Below, in pieces: positions 42,580-52,683 of a DNA stretch of 64,000 nucleotides. The position numbers and the translations under genes are program-made. Position 1 is the first letter of the stretch. Each line of letters begins with the position of its first letter. The notes beneath the pieces are model-generated. The model was given only the letters and a program-made list of their open reading frames with translations, made no database searches and was not told the DNA's origin. The DNA lies in the NCBI GenBank assembly GCA_963817895.1, contig CAWFQB010000001.1, positions 1,376,001 through 1,440,000 of the forward strand, read 5' to 3'. The stretch is from an uncultured Chthonomonadaceae bacterium. Lineage in GTDB: Bacteria; Armatimonadota; Chthonomonadetes; Chthonomonadales; Chthonomonadaceae.

Positions 42580-42898
42580 GTTCTTCTCCGTTCGTTTGCG
42601 ATATATTCCGCCTGACAGCCCTTTCCGTGTTTGCCAGCAACTCTCCTGCTGAAAATGCAAATCAGCAGGAAATTTGCTTATCAGCCACGAATATAAACCC
42701 ATATGTCCTTCTTGAGCGTTGCTCACTCCTACCCCTGTAGAGGAAACACGATGAAAACTGTCATTCATGCCCTTGTCGCCATGTTCGCGCTCCTGACCTT
42801 TTCCTGCAATGCCACGCCTCAAACGAAGACAAATCTTGGTCGCATCAATCTCAATCAGTATACCCTTACCAAAATTGAATACCCCAGTTCGTTATTTA

Positions 42899-44040
42899 CT
42901 CACCTTACGCAGGCGAGCAGTTTGTAGTCACAGATTTGCTGTTGTTGACGGTAGAATAGTGTCATGGACAAACAACTTCTGGACCTTTACTCAGACTATC
43001 TCCTTTGTTCGTTCGGCCTGACTACCGCGACGGGCCTTTCCACCCTGCTCGACGGCGCGATTAGCCACGACAAGATCACGCGGTTCTTGTCAGGACGTGA
43101 CTTCACTTCTTCGGACCTGTGGCATCTGGTCAAACCCTTGGTACGGCAGGTACAATGTGAAGACGCAGTTCTGGTCTTCGATGACAGCATCGAAGAAAAA
43201 CTCTATACGGATGAAAGCGAACTCATTTGCTGGCATTGGGATCATTGCTTCAACCGCAACGTGAAGGGCATCAACATTCTGACCTGTTTGTATCGCGCGC
43301 CCACTGCCGCTCTGCCCGTTGCCTTCGAGTTGATCCAAAAGTCGGCTTGGGAAACGCATAAGAAGACGGGCAAACCCAAGCGAGTGTGTCCCAAGACCAA
43401 GAACGAATACCTGCGCGAGATGGTGGCGCAATGTCAGAAGAACCAATTGCCTTTTCGCTATGTCCTGGCCGACGCTTGGTTCAGCGCGGCAGAAACGATG
43501 ATGCACCTCAAAAACGAAGGCAAAACCGACTTTATCTTCCCGATTAAGGCCAACCGCAAGGTGGCTTTGTCCCAGGAAGACAAGTTGGCAGGCCGCTATA
43601 TGCCCGTATCCTCGCTTTGCTGCGAAGCGGACGCCATATTGAACATCTGGCTGGAGGGGGTAAACTTCCCCCTTCTGCTGTGTAAGCAGGTCTTTACAAA
43701 CAAGGACGGCAGCCAGGGCGTTCTCTATCTCGTGACGAGTGACACGACGTTAAGCGGTTGCGACATCCAGACGATCTACCAAAAACGGTGGAAAGTGGAA
43801 GAGTATCACAAATCGGTCAAGAGCAATGCGAGTTTCGCCAAGTCGCCGACCAAAACTATTCGGACCCAGAGCAACCATATCTTCGCCTGTTTATGGGCGT
43901 ATGTGAAGTTGGAAAGTCTGCGTTTGCAGACGCGCTTGAACCATTTTGCGATGAAAGGCAGGCTCTACAAAGCGGCCCTTGCCAGCGCCTACCGCGAACT
44001 ACAACTGCTCAAAGGCATGAGTGCGCCTGCGTAAGGTGAG
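42899..44040 (+). mobile_element. IS701-like insertion sequence
   Basis: 17-bp TIR ctcaccttacgcaggcg / cgcctgcgtaaggtgag; flanking duplication ttattta (or tattt with 18-bp TIR). Confidence 0.9.
42964..44034 (+). CDS. DDE transposase (IS701-like)
   Basis: VFDDSIEEK, LADAWF, YQKRWKVEEYHK; stop lies inside the right TIR. Confidence 0.9.
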   Translation: MDKQLLDLYSDYLLCSFGLTTATGLSTLLDGAISHDKITRFLSGRDFTSSDLWHLVKPLVRQVQCEDAVLVFDDSIEEKLYTDESELICWHWDHCFNRNVKGINILTCLYRAPTAALPVAFELIQKSAWETHKKTGKPKRVCPKTKNEYLREMVAQCQKNQLPFRYVLADAWFSAAETMMHLKNEGKTDFIFPIKANRKVALSQEDKLAGRYMPVSSLCCEADAILNIWLEGVNFPLLLCKQVFTNKDGSQGVLYLVTSDTTLSGCDIQTIYQKRWKVEEYHKSVKSNASFAKSPTKTIRTQSNHIFACLWAYVKLESLRLQTRLNHFAMKGRLYKAALASAYRELQLLKGMSAPA

Positions 44041-44985
44041 TTATTTATACATCCCACAGCTATGAACAACAAGGGGCAGGTAGTAGGCTGGTTCAGATCA
44101 TCAACAGGCTTGGATCATGCATTTTTATGGAGTAACAACAAAATGACTGATTTCGGCGGTCAGGATGATACTGAAAGCAGAGCCTATGCTATTAACGACA
44201 AGGGACAAGTAGTTGGACAACTTACCTGTAAAAAGACCGATCATAGCGGAGTGCGGAGGCAGGCCGTGTTGTGGGCTGATGATAAGATAAATATTCTTAA
44301 TGGTTTTGACGCAAAATATAATACCGCCCGAGGCATCGACAATAAAGGGTAGATTGTTGGTTTTTCGGGTGTAATGGGCGGTCAAGCTTTTCTTTACAAG
44401 GATGGCAAGATTGTTGACTTGGGTGTTTCCGTGGGACAAGATAAACTTTGTATTAATGATGCAGGTCAGGTTGCAGGAACAATGTTTACCTCAATTAAGT
44501 ACATGATTGAAGGCCGCAATTCTAGCAATCGGGAACATGCCTTTTTGTGGAGCAATGGCAAATTCATCGATTTAGGAACTCTTCATAATACGGACAGCAA
44601 AGCGATTGCTATCAACAACAAAGGGGAAGTGTTGGGCGAATCAGAAACCTTTCCATTTATCTGGCGAAATGGGAAAATGATTGACATTGGATTACAAGTA
44701 GATGGGCCTAAATCGAACTTGTGCAATGCGACAGCCATGAACGACCGTGGTGACATTGTTGGCAGAATTATTACAGGTTATCTTATCAAAGATGGGAAGC
44801 GTTTCGCCCTTGAAAAATATGGTGAATACTTCGTCCGTGAAGTATTCACCATAAACAATTCTGGTCAGATGGCAGTAGAGTTTTCTCGGTTGGTATATAA
44901 ATCAGGTCAGGAGGACCGTGAATTCATGGTCTGTCTTCTCACGCCAAAGTAGACCTGTAAAATGAGAAAAGATAGGAGTTAAGCA

Positions 44986-45255
44986 ATGGTAGTTGTCAGT
45001 GAACCTCGTTTCAGTATCGAACAACTTGTGGCACAGGCAAAAGCTACGAGTGAGCCAGTCGTGCTTACGACAAACGGCAAGGCGGAACTCGTCTTGCTCA
45101 CGCCCGAAGCATACGAGGCGTTGCTCGACCGTATAGACGTGTTGGACAGCGTAATCGGCATGTACAAAGCGGAACGCGAATTCGACAGAGGCGAAGGACG
45201 CGATGCGCGTGAAGCGTTGGAAGAATTGAGGCTCAAACTTGGCGTACCACGTTGA
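44986..45255 (+). CDS. Phd/YefM-like antitoxin 1
   Basis: EPVVLTTNGKAELVLL..EAYE. Confidence 0.8.
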   Translation: MVVVSEPRFSIEQLVAQAKATSEPVVLTTNGKAELVLLTPEAYEALLDRIDVLDSVIGMYKAEREFDRGEGRDAREALEELRLKLGVPR

Positions 45256-45595
45256 AATTGCGCCAACGGCGCTTCTGGACGCGCAAGATGCTTTTGATTG
45301 GATGGAACAGCGTTCGCCAACTCATGTAAATGAATGGTTTAATGGTTTGATGGATGCCGTCTTTTCTCTGGATGAGATGCCGCGCCGCTGTTCCTTTGCG
45401 CCGGAAAATGATTTTTATGACAAAGAGACACGGCATTTGCTTTATACAAAGCGGCGCGTGACTTATCGTATCATCTTCGTCATTTTGCAGTTGCAAACGG
45501 AGGAAGATGATGGTGTTTTGCGCGTATACCGTATCCGGCATGGGGCGCAACGTCCTCTAACCGCAGGTGAGTTTAAGCAGGGTGAGAGGGATTGA
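45239..45595 (+). CDS. RelE/ParE toxin 1
   Basis: V.IAPTA..D, SL.EMP.R, YRIIF, RIRHGAQ. Confidence 0.83.
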   Translation: MAYHVEIAPTALLDAQDAFDWMEQRSPTHVNEWFNGLMDAVFSLDEMPRRCSFAPENDFYDKETRHLLYTKRRVTYRIIFVILQLQTEEDDGVLRVYRIRHGAQRPLTAGEFKQGERD

Positions 45596-45608
45596 GAAGG
45601 AGTTAGAA

Positions 45609-45896
45609 ATGGTTGTTATCAGCAAAACGCCGACAACGGCAGAGTTCAAGCGCGATCCTGAATTGTATATCGAACAGGTAAAAAGGGGCGACGCGCCACT
45701 CTTACTGACGGCAAACAACGAGCCTGATGTTGTGCTGCTCACGCCCGAAGCGTATGAAGCGTTGCTTGAACGCATAGACCTGTTGGACAGTGTGATTGGC
45801 TTGTACAAAGCCGAACTTCAGTTTGAACGTGGCGAATCACGTCCGGCTCGTGAAGCACTGGAGGAATTGGGGCGCAAACATGGCATATTACCTTGA
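45609..45896 (+). CDS. Phd/YefM-like antitoxin 2
   Basis: Paralogue of antitoxin 1 (LLTPEAYEALL.RID.LDSVIG.YKAE). Confidence 0.8.
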   Translation: MVVISKTPTTAEFKRDPELYIEQVKRGDAPLLLTANNEPDVVLLTPEAYEALLERIDLLDSVIGLYKAELQFERGESRPAREALEELGRKHGILP

Positions 45897-46236
45897 TTTC
45901 TCTGATGATGCCTTGCAAGACGCGCAAGAAGCCTTAGAGTGGATGGAGCAACATTCTCCGAAGTACGCCGCGGATTGGTACATCGGTCTGATGGACGCCA
46001 TTTTCTCGCTTGAAGAAATGCCGCGTCGTTGTTCGTTCGCGCCCGAAAACGACCTCTACAATCGGGAAGTTCGTCATCTGCTTTATACAAAGCGTAGCGT
46101 TACCTACCGAGTCATTTTCGTTATAGTGAAGGAAGCAAAAGACGAGGAACCCGGCGAAATTCGCGTATACCGTATCCGGCATGGAGCGCAACGTCCTCTG
46201 ACGGCAGGTGAGTTTAAGCGAGGCGAGAGAGATTGA
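45880..46236 (+). CDS. RelE/ParE toxin 2
   Basis: Close paralogue of toxin 1. Confidence 0.83.
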   Translation: MAYYLDFSDDALQDAQEALEWMEQHSPKYAADWYIGLMDAIFSLEEMPRRCSFAPENDLYNREVRHLLYTKRSVTYRVIFVIVKEAKDEEPGEIRVYRIRHGAQRPLTAGEFKRGERD

Positions 46237-46263
46237 AAGGAGAGATTGAAAGGAGGGCCAGAA

Positions 46264-46554
46264 ATGACTGCTATCAGTAGAACGCCGACAACGGCAGAAT
46301 TCAAGCGCGATCCTGAGTTGTACTTAGAGCAGGTCAAAACCGAGAGTGAACCGCTTGTGCTGACTGCTGATAACAAGCCTGATATGGTGTTGCTGACGCT
46401 CGAAGCGTATCAGGCATTGCTGGCTCAGGTTGAACATTGGCAAAGCGTTGCTACTATACGTCAATCTCAGCTTCAGTTTGCGCGTGGCGAAGGGCGCGAC
46501 GCGCGTGAGGCATTTGAGGAACAGAGGCAGAAAATTGGCATTACCCGCCACTGA
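46264..46554 (+). CDS. Phd/YefM-like antitoxin 3 (orphan)
   Basis: TPTTAEFKRDPELY shared with antitoxin 2. Confidence 0.78.
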   Translation: MTAISRTPTTAEFKRDPELYLEQVKTESEPLVLTADNKPDMVLLTLEAYQALLAQVEHWQSVATIRQSQLQFARGEGRDAREAFEEQRQKIGITRH

Positions 46555-46708
46555 CGGCAGGCGAGTTAAAGCAAAGCATGGAAGACTGAAAACGTTTTGT
46601 TGTATAATGTATTGGCTGCTGCGGGGTATTTCGCGCGCCGAGTGAGGAAGTGACAGACGCTGCACATTCGCAGGAACTATTGAAAACACGTTTTGAGGGA
46701 AGTATCTT

Positions 46709-47278
46709 ATGCCGCCGAGTTCGGATTTTGACGCGCAGTTTAAGCCGCCTGTGGAACTGGAACTAGCCTGGACGCGCCACCCTGCCATTGTGAAATTGGG
46801 CGAAAACCCCGTTTTGCGCCAGGTCGCCAAGCCCATCACCCGCTACACGCAGGAAACGCGCCAGCTTATTGAGCGCATGACGGAAGTGATGCGGGACGCG
46901 CATGGGTTGGGATTGGCCGCGCCGCAAATCGGCGTTTCCAGCCGCATTATCGTGTACGACGCGGGGGATGGCGTCCGTGTTCTGGTCAATCCTGTAATCC
47001 TGAAAAAGTCCGGTGAACAGGACGACCCGCCCGAAGGCTGCCTGTCCATTCCCGGTTTGCAGGGCGTGGTGAAGCGCGCGCAGGAATTGCAGGTGCAGGG
47101 CTTCGATGAGCGGGGCCGTCCCGTCAAGCGCCGCGCCAAAGAACTGGAAGCCCGCGTGATTCAGCACGAAGTGGACCATCTCGACGGCATTCTGTTCATT
47201 GACCGCGCCGACCCAGATACCCTTATGTGGATGCTGGGCGAGGATGACGAGGATGGTAATGGAGCGCCGAGGGAGTAA
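46709..47278 (+). CDS. def: Peptide deformylase
   Basis: GLGLAAPQIG, EGCLS, QHEVDHLDG. Confidence 0.97.
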   Translation: MPPSSDFDAQFKPPVELELAWTRHPAIVKLGENPVLRQVAKPITRYTQETRQLIERMTEVMRDAHGLGLAAPQIGVSSRIIVYDAGDGVRVLVNPVILKKSGEQDDPPEGCLSIPGLQGVVKRAQELQVQGFDERGRPVKRRAKELEARVIQHEVDHLDGILFIDRADPDTLMWMLGEDDEDGNGAPRE

Positions 47279-47287
47279 GAAGAACCT

Positions 47288-48292
47288 ATGCGTCTGATTT
47301 TTTTCGGGACGGCGGAGTTCGCCGTCCCTTCGCTTGACGCGGTACTGGCGGCGGGGCATGACGTATTATGCGTGGTCACGCAGCCGGACAAGCCGCAGGG
47401 CCGGGGGCATCAGCTTGTCGCGTCACCGGTCAAAATCGCCGCGCTGAAATATGGCCTGACCGTGTTGCAGCCGCGCCGGGTTCGGGCCGAGCCGTTTCTG
47501 GAAAAGATGCGCGTTTTACAGCCGGACGCCCTTGCGCTTGCCGCGTTCGGACAGATCATTCCGCAGGCATTGCTCGACCTGCCGCCGTTCGGCCCGATTA
47601 ACGTGCATGGTTCCCTTCTGCCCCACTACCGGGGCGCGGCCCCCATTCAGCGCGCGATTATGGCGGGCGAAACCACGACCGGGGTAACTACCATGTGGAT
47701 GGATGCCACGCTGGACACGGGCGACATGCTGCTGGACCGCGCCCTGCCGATTGCCCCGGACGATACGGCGGGAACCCTGACGCCGAAAATGGCCGAATTG
47801 GGCGCGCGTCTGCTCGTAGAAACCCTGTCCGGCTTGCAGGCTGGCACACTTCCCCGCCGCAAACAGGACGACAGCAAAGCCACATTCGCGCCAGCTATCA
47901 CGCCGGAAGATTGCGTTATCCACTGGGAAGAACCCGGCACGATTATCTGCAATCGCATACGCGGCGTCAGCCCCAAACCCGGCGCGTATTCGGAAATCAG
48001 GGGCAAGCGCGTAAAAATCTGGGCCGCGCAGCCCTATCTTCTTCCTGTCGACTCTCCCCTGCGCAACGCTAATCCTGAAAACGATAACCCTGAAAACTAT
48101 TTTCTTCCCACTCCCGGCACGGTTCTCGCCATCCACAAATCGCCGCCCGGATTGCTTGTAACGGCAGGCGAAGGCACAACCGTACTCCTTACCGAAGCGC
48201 AGCCCGAAAACGGCAAGCGCATGTCCGCCGCAGATTGGGCGCGGGGACAGCGGCTTGTAGCGGGAGAGCGGTTTGCAAAGGATGAAGGATGA
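47288..48292 (+). CDS. fmt: Methionyl-tRNA formyltransferase
   Basis: FFGTAEFA, VVTQPDKPQGRG, NVHGSLLP.YRGAAPIQ, LDTGD. Confidence 0.97.
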   Translation: MRLIFFGTAEFAVPSLDAVLAAGHDVLCVVTQPDKPQGRGHQLVASPVKIAALKYGLTVLQPRRVRAEPFLEKMRVLQPDALALAAFGQIIPQALLDLPPFGPINVHGSLLPHYRGAAPIQRAIMAGETTTGVTTMWMDATLDTGDMLLDRALPIAPDDTAGTLTPKMAELGARLLVETLSGLQAGTLPRRKQDDSKATFAPAITPEDCVIHWEEPGTIICNRIRGVSPKPGAYSEIRGKRVKIWAAQPYLLPVDSPLRNANPENDNPENYFLPTPGTVLAIHKSPPGLLVTAGEGTTVLLTEAQPENGKRMSAADWARGQRLVAGERFAKDEG

Positions 48293-48312
48293 AGGATGAA
48301 GGATGAATAGGA
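48278..48312 (+). repeat. Heptamer tandem repeat (aaggatg)n
   Basis: Four to five units overlapping the fmt stop. Confidence 0.8.
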
Positions 48313-48368
48313 TGCGGTCTTCTACTCAGCGCTCAATATTCTCCTCATCTTTCAACCTTCAACCCATA

Positions 48369-49970
48369 TCAAAACCTTCCTATCTGCCACAGCGTCACGT
48401 TCTCATCATCCGACCCACTGGCGAGGGTCTTGCTGTCCGGCGAGAAGGCAATGGTTGTGCGGGAACGTCCCATTTGCGCAAAGGTTTGCAGGCGCGCGCC
48501 TGTTTGCCAATCGAACACCTGTGTCTCGTTACCGGACTCATTCCAGTAGTAAACGGCCAGCAGCGCGCCGTCGGGCGAAAACGTCACCTGCTGCGCGGCC
48601 CGCTGCGGCTGTTCTCCCAACGTTCGGACAAGAGCGCCATCGGATACGCGCCACAATTGCGCCTGACTCTGTATCAATTCTCCCTCTTCATCACTTGCGC
48701 CGGAGTTCCATTCCAACTGCGTACACGCGGCAGCCAGAACTTGCCCATCCGGTGAGAAGTCAACAGACTTGACCATGAAATCGGGAACCGCCAGCGTCCG
48801 CAACGGCGCGCCTGTTTGCGCATCCCACAGCGTTACCTGACCGCCCCAAAAGTCTTGCGGTTCGTGTCCCTCTCTGCTCAACGAATCGCCCGTCGCCAGC
48901 ATTGTGCCGTCGGGAGAGAAGGCGATGTGAAAAATCATGCCTTTCTGGTTGCCGCTTTCCGGTGGAACCATTTCCGGCGGGGCGCACAGAAAGCGCGTAT
49001 CGAGTTCGCGCGTTATGTTGCCTGTTTGGACATCTCGCAGCGCGGCGCGACTGCAAACCACGCGGTACTGACTGTCGAGAACGTAACTCGTATGCGCCAG
49101 TACAGAGCCGTCCGGCGAAAAGGTGATCGAAGCGGGGCGGCCTCCATCCGTCACCATCACGCGCCGAACGCCGCTTTGCGCATCCCACAGGCAAATAGTT
49201 CTGTCGCGGCTTGCGCTGACGAGCGTAGCGCTGTCGGGAGAAAACGCCAGTTCGTCTACAGCGCGGGCGTGTCCCGCCCATGTCCGCGCCACGGTTCCGG
49301 TTCGCGCGTCCCACAGTGTTATCGCGCCATCCAGACGGCCCGACGCCAGCCACTTGCCATCCGGTGAAAAGGCGACGCTGCGCGCGACGCCGCTGTTGAG
49401 TTTCCGCATCACCTGCCAGACAAAATCCCTGTTCATCGGCAGGGGCGTTAAGGTTTGTTCCACCATGTCCCAATGCTCCTTTCGGATACGCGCCCGCGCA
49501 TTGCGCAGGCGGCTCTTTACGGTTGTAACGGGTACGTTGAGGAACGTGGCAATTTCTTGCAGGGAGTAACTGCGCAGGTAAAACAGGGTCAGCGTCAGAC
49601 GGCTCGACGGGGATAAACACGCGAGAGTCTGCTGAACCAGCAGCCGGTTTTCGGCCTGCCGTATGGGGAACTCACAGCCATGTAGCGCATGGTCATTTAT
49701 CAGAAGCGAATTTGTCTGCCGCCGCCACATTTGGCACTGGCTCACCGCTATCTGTCGCAGCCACGCGCCGAAGGCAGAGGGATTGCGCAGTTGCTCCAGA
49801 TGCTGATAACCGTACAGAAAGGCAATTTGCGCGACATCCTGCGCGTCGTCGCTATTTTGCAGATGGTGGTAGGCAAGCCCGTAAATCGCCTGCCGATACC
49901 GCTCCACCAGTCGGCTGTACGCTTCCCGATTTCCTGCGCGCGCTTGCGCGACAATTTCTGCGTCCGTCAC
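48369..49970 (-). CDS. ECF sigma factor fused to WD40 repeats
   Basis: DAQDVAQ, WLRQIA, TVKSRL.AR; repeated AFSPDG..LA.G..D..I.LWD. Confidence 0.9.
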   Translation of the reverse strand: MTDAEIVAQARAGNREAYSRLVERYRQAIYGLAYHHLQNSDDAQDVAQIAFLYGYQHLEQLRNPSAFGAWLRQIAVSQCQMWRRQTNSLLINDHALHGCEFPIRQAENRLLVQQTLACLSPSSRLTLTLFYLRSYSLQEIATFLNVPVTTVKSRLRNARARIRKEHWDMVEQTLTPLPMNRDFVWQVMRKLNSGVARSVAFSPDGKWLASGRLDGAITLWDARTGTVARTWAGHARAVDELAFSPDSATLVSASRDRTICLWDAQSGVRRVMVTDGGRPASITFSPDGSVLAHTSYVLDSQYRVVCSRAALRDVQTGNITRELDTRFLCAPPEMVPPESGNQKGMIFHIAFSPDGTMLATGDSLSREGHEPQDFWGGQVTLWDAQTGAPLRTLAVPDFMVKSVDFSPDGQVLAAACTQLEWNSGASDEEGELIQSQAQLWRVSDGALVRTLGEQPQRAAQQVTFSPDGALLAVYYWNESGNETQVFDWQTGARLQTFAQMGRSRTTIAFSPDSKTLASGSDDENVTLWQIGRF

Positions 49971-50116
49971 AACTCCTCCCGCCGCGTCACTCCCTGCGTT
50001 TTCTATGCCACATTCAAAGCAAAGATGCGTTCAGCCGTTGAAAAGTGCCATTCGACAGGATGTATAAAGTGTTACAGTTGCGGCAAAGGCGAACGAGGAG
50101 TTGGGCGGCAAAACGA

Positions 50117-50787
50117 TTACAACCCTTTGTCTTCCTCAAAATTCGGGGCAAGCGGCTGCTCTGCTGCGGGAGTTAGTTCCGCATGGAGTTCGAGGAACAT
50201 GGCCTGTACATAAGGATCGAGCCGTTCTGCGAAAGCCGTTTCCAGATGCAGTATGCGAATGAGTTCCTGAACGTCGGCCAGGTCTTTGCGCCGTCCGGCT
50301 CCGGTCATTCCCGACGCCAGTTTAAGTTCGACAAGTTTTTCCAGCGTAATCGTTTTCACGCCGCCAATCTCTATCGAATTCTCAGCGGGGTCGGGAAACA
50401 CAACCGATTTGGGTTTGCCGTCGCCCGGATACTCTCCCGTTGTGATAATCTCTATGGGAACGTTTTCCGCAGTGGCGCGAAACGTTTTAGTCGCTCCCTG
50501 AAAGGCCGGACGATAGCCACGCCCAATCAAAGTCTCGGTAAACTTTTGCAGTCCCTCCCTGGTCATCAACACATCAATATCATGCGTGAAGCGCTGATAG
50601 CCATGCTGGTTAAGCGCAACGGCTTCAATGACGCTGTAGGCAATCTGCCGGTCATCTAAATCTTTAGCAAGCTGTTTGAGCGTCGCGTTCATCAGTCCCA
50701 CTCCCCAAAAAAGCGCAGCCCCTCCTCATAAGCGAGTGTCGGCTGCGCAAGTATCTGTTGAAAATCCAGAAGCGCTGTGTCAGACAT
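50117..50787 (-). CDS. Nucleotidyltransferase-fold protein (AbiEii-like), 5' part frameshifted near 50705
   Basis: YSVIEAVAL..HG..RFT.DIDVL, LVELKL.SG....R.KD..DV; upstream frame MSDTALLDFQQ...GLRFF. Confidence 0.6.
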
Positions 50788-50850
50788 AAAATCAATTTCC
50801 TATCTGCTTCGTATTGGAGTCACATGAGAAAAATAGAGAGGGAACATTCG

Positions 50851-51321
50851 ATGGCTGAACATCTGCATATCTCCGGCGTATGTTAGCGCGACCTTGACTT
50901 ACTGTTGGTGGAAGAATTTATGGCTTCACCCGATTTTCGCGCATGGTTTCTGTCACAAGTTGAATGCAATGCGCTCTCTTATCCCAGGTTGACAAGCGTG
51001 AAAAAGTCAGTGACCGAGCTTACAGGTGAGTCAGATGTTGAGGCGCGATTGAAAGACGAACAGGGCGCGGCATTGGTTTTGCTTATTGTGAACAAAATCA
51101 ATGCAGGCTTCCAGCCACAGCAGGCCGAGCGGTATCAGATACGCGGCAAGACTTATTCTCAGCGCGGCGAAAATGTTACCTTTAAGACGGTACTGGTTGC
51201 GCCGGAACGGTATTTCGGTGACGCAGAAGCCTTGAAAGGATTTAACGCGCGCGTAGCAGAAGATATTCTTGCATCAAAACGCCTGTTCGCATGGGCTAAA
51301 GACTGCTTGCAGCAGACATGA
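50851..51321 (+). pseudogene. PD-(D/E)XK-like nuclease fragment with premature TAG
   Basis: GVC*RDLDLLLVEEF...GESDV...LI(V)NKI.A.FQP.QAERY; catalytic E appears replaced. Confidence 0.55.
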
Positions 51322-51404
51322 TGACCACTTCTCAATATAGAGCATACGGCCTCCTTAATAATGTGGCAGGACGCGCATGTTGTTAAAGAGGTCAGGAGGC
51401 GTTG

Positions 51405-51809
51405 ATGATTGAGCCGGGAATGGTGCGCAGCATTTCGGAATTGGCGCTATGGGTGCAGGATTTGGAACGCGCTGTCGCCTTTTATGTAGACAATTTGGGC
51501 TTTACGGTAGAGTCGCAGGATATAGGACGCAACGCCTTTTTGAAAAGCGGCGACTTTCTGCTCGTCCTCTTCGTGCCGGACGATCCGGGTACGCCCCTTG
51601 CCCGCGAATATCTGGCGCGGGTCGGCGAACCGCACGGCCATGTGTATCATGTCGCGTTTCGCGTCACGCCGGAAGCATTGGACGCCGCCGGCAAGTCCCT
51701 GCGCATTAAAGGATTAGACGTTTCCGGCCCCGTCGAGTTCGGAACCGGCAGACGCTCGTACTTTCTGGAAGACCCCGATCAGCACTACATCGAACTGACC
51801 GACAGATAG
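51405..51809 (+). CDS. VOC/glyoxalase protein
   Basis: V.DLERAVAFY...LGF, HVAF, DPDQHYIEL. Confidence 0.88.
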   Translation: MIEPGMVRSISELALWVQDLERAVAFYVDNLGFTVESQDIGRNAFLKSGDFLLVLFVPDDPGTPLAREYLARVGEPHGHVYHVAFRVTPEALDAAGKSLRIKGLDVSGPVEFGTGRRSYFLEDPDQHYIELTDR

Positions 51810-51882
51810 GAAGAAGAGGAGAAAAGGAGAGGGGGAGCTAAGAAACTGCGAATTCGTTTTTCTCCTTTTCTCCTCTTCTTCC

Positions 51883-52641
51883 TCAAAGCGGCGCGACCCA
51901 GACGTTGCGGAACTGAACGGGATCGTGGTCGCCCTGCAGCACAAGGGGGCCGGTTTTGGTCATTTCCTTGTACACTTCGTAGTTGATGCCCGTCATGCCG
52001 GTGAATTCCTCGTTGTTCTGCACCAGAACGCCGTTGAGAAACACGGTCGCGCGGGGTTTTTTCGTCACCTTGTTGTCGCTGTCGAAGCGGGGAGCGCGGA
52101 AAATGATGTCATAAGCGTTCCATTCGCCCGCCGGTTTGCAGCTATACGCGAGGGGCGCTTTCTGCCCGTACAACGCGCCGCATCCGTGCGCCTCCGGCTT
52201 TTGTCCGTAGGAGTTGAATATCTGTATCTCGTAGCGGCCCTGCAAACCCACCCCGCTGTTGCCGCCGCCCATCGGCTTGCCATTGGCGTCCAACATGATG
52301 CGGAACTCGGCGTGAACGTAACTGTCCCCGAACTCCTGCCGGCTCGTAATATCCACTTTCTGCGGCGTCGCCACGCCCTTATCATCTACCGTCCACGTCG
52401 CCGGGTCGGTGGAACGCCGCTTGTACCAGTTCGCTGTCATATCGTCGGACTTGCTCCCAAGCAGCACAACGGCTCCTTTGGGCGGACGCGCCGATAGCGC
52501 AAACATGGTCATTGCGGGCGTGGCTGTACCCGGTTCTTGCCTGCCGAGCGCAATGGCGCACAGGCGCGGAGTTATCATTGTCGCCGCGCTCCCACAAATC
52601 AAGGCCAGCGCTGCCGCGCGCTTTCCGTTTATCCTCTGCAT
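51883..52641 (-). CDS. DUF1080 (3-keto-disaccharide hydrolase-like) secreted protein
   Basis: GNSGV..QGRYEIQI, PAGEWNAYDI, LQGDH..VQFRNVW. Confidence 0.88.
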   Translation of the reverse strand: MQRINGKRAAALALICGSAATMITPRLCAIALGRQEPGTATPAMTMFALSARPPKGAVVLLGSKSDDMTANWYKRRSTDPATWTVDDKGVATPQKVDITSRQEFGDSYVHAEFRIMLDANGKPMGGGNSGVGLQGRYEIQIFNSYGQKPEAHGCGALYGQKAPLAYSCKPAGEWNAYDIIFRAPRFDSDNKVTKKPRATVFLNGVLVQNNEEFTGMTGINYEVYKEMTKTGPLVLQGDHDPVQFRNVWVAPL

Positions 52642-52683
52642 TTCGTTCTTCCTTTCTTCACTGCCGCCCATTTTAGCAGTGTT

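Larger units (their letters stand above)
42751..44952 (+). pseudogene. HAF-repeat secreted/lipoprotein interrupted by an IS and a TAG
   Basis: INDKGQVVG and HAFLW repeats; removing the IS restores PSSLFIHPTAMNNKG in frame; TAG at 44350. Confidence 0.85.

Noticed and set aside
48369..49970. ECF sigma-WD40 fusion and the DUF1592/DUF1552 pair as novel systems
   Set aside because: Both architectures are already known from Planctomycetota-like genomes.
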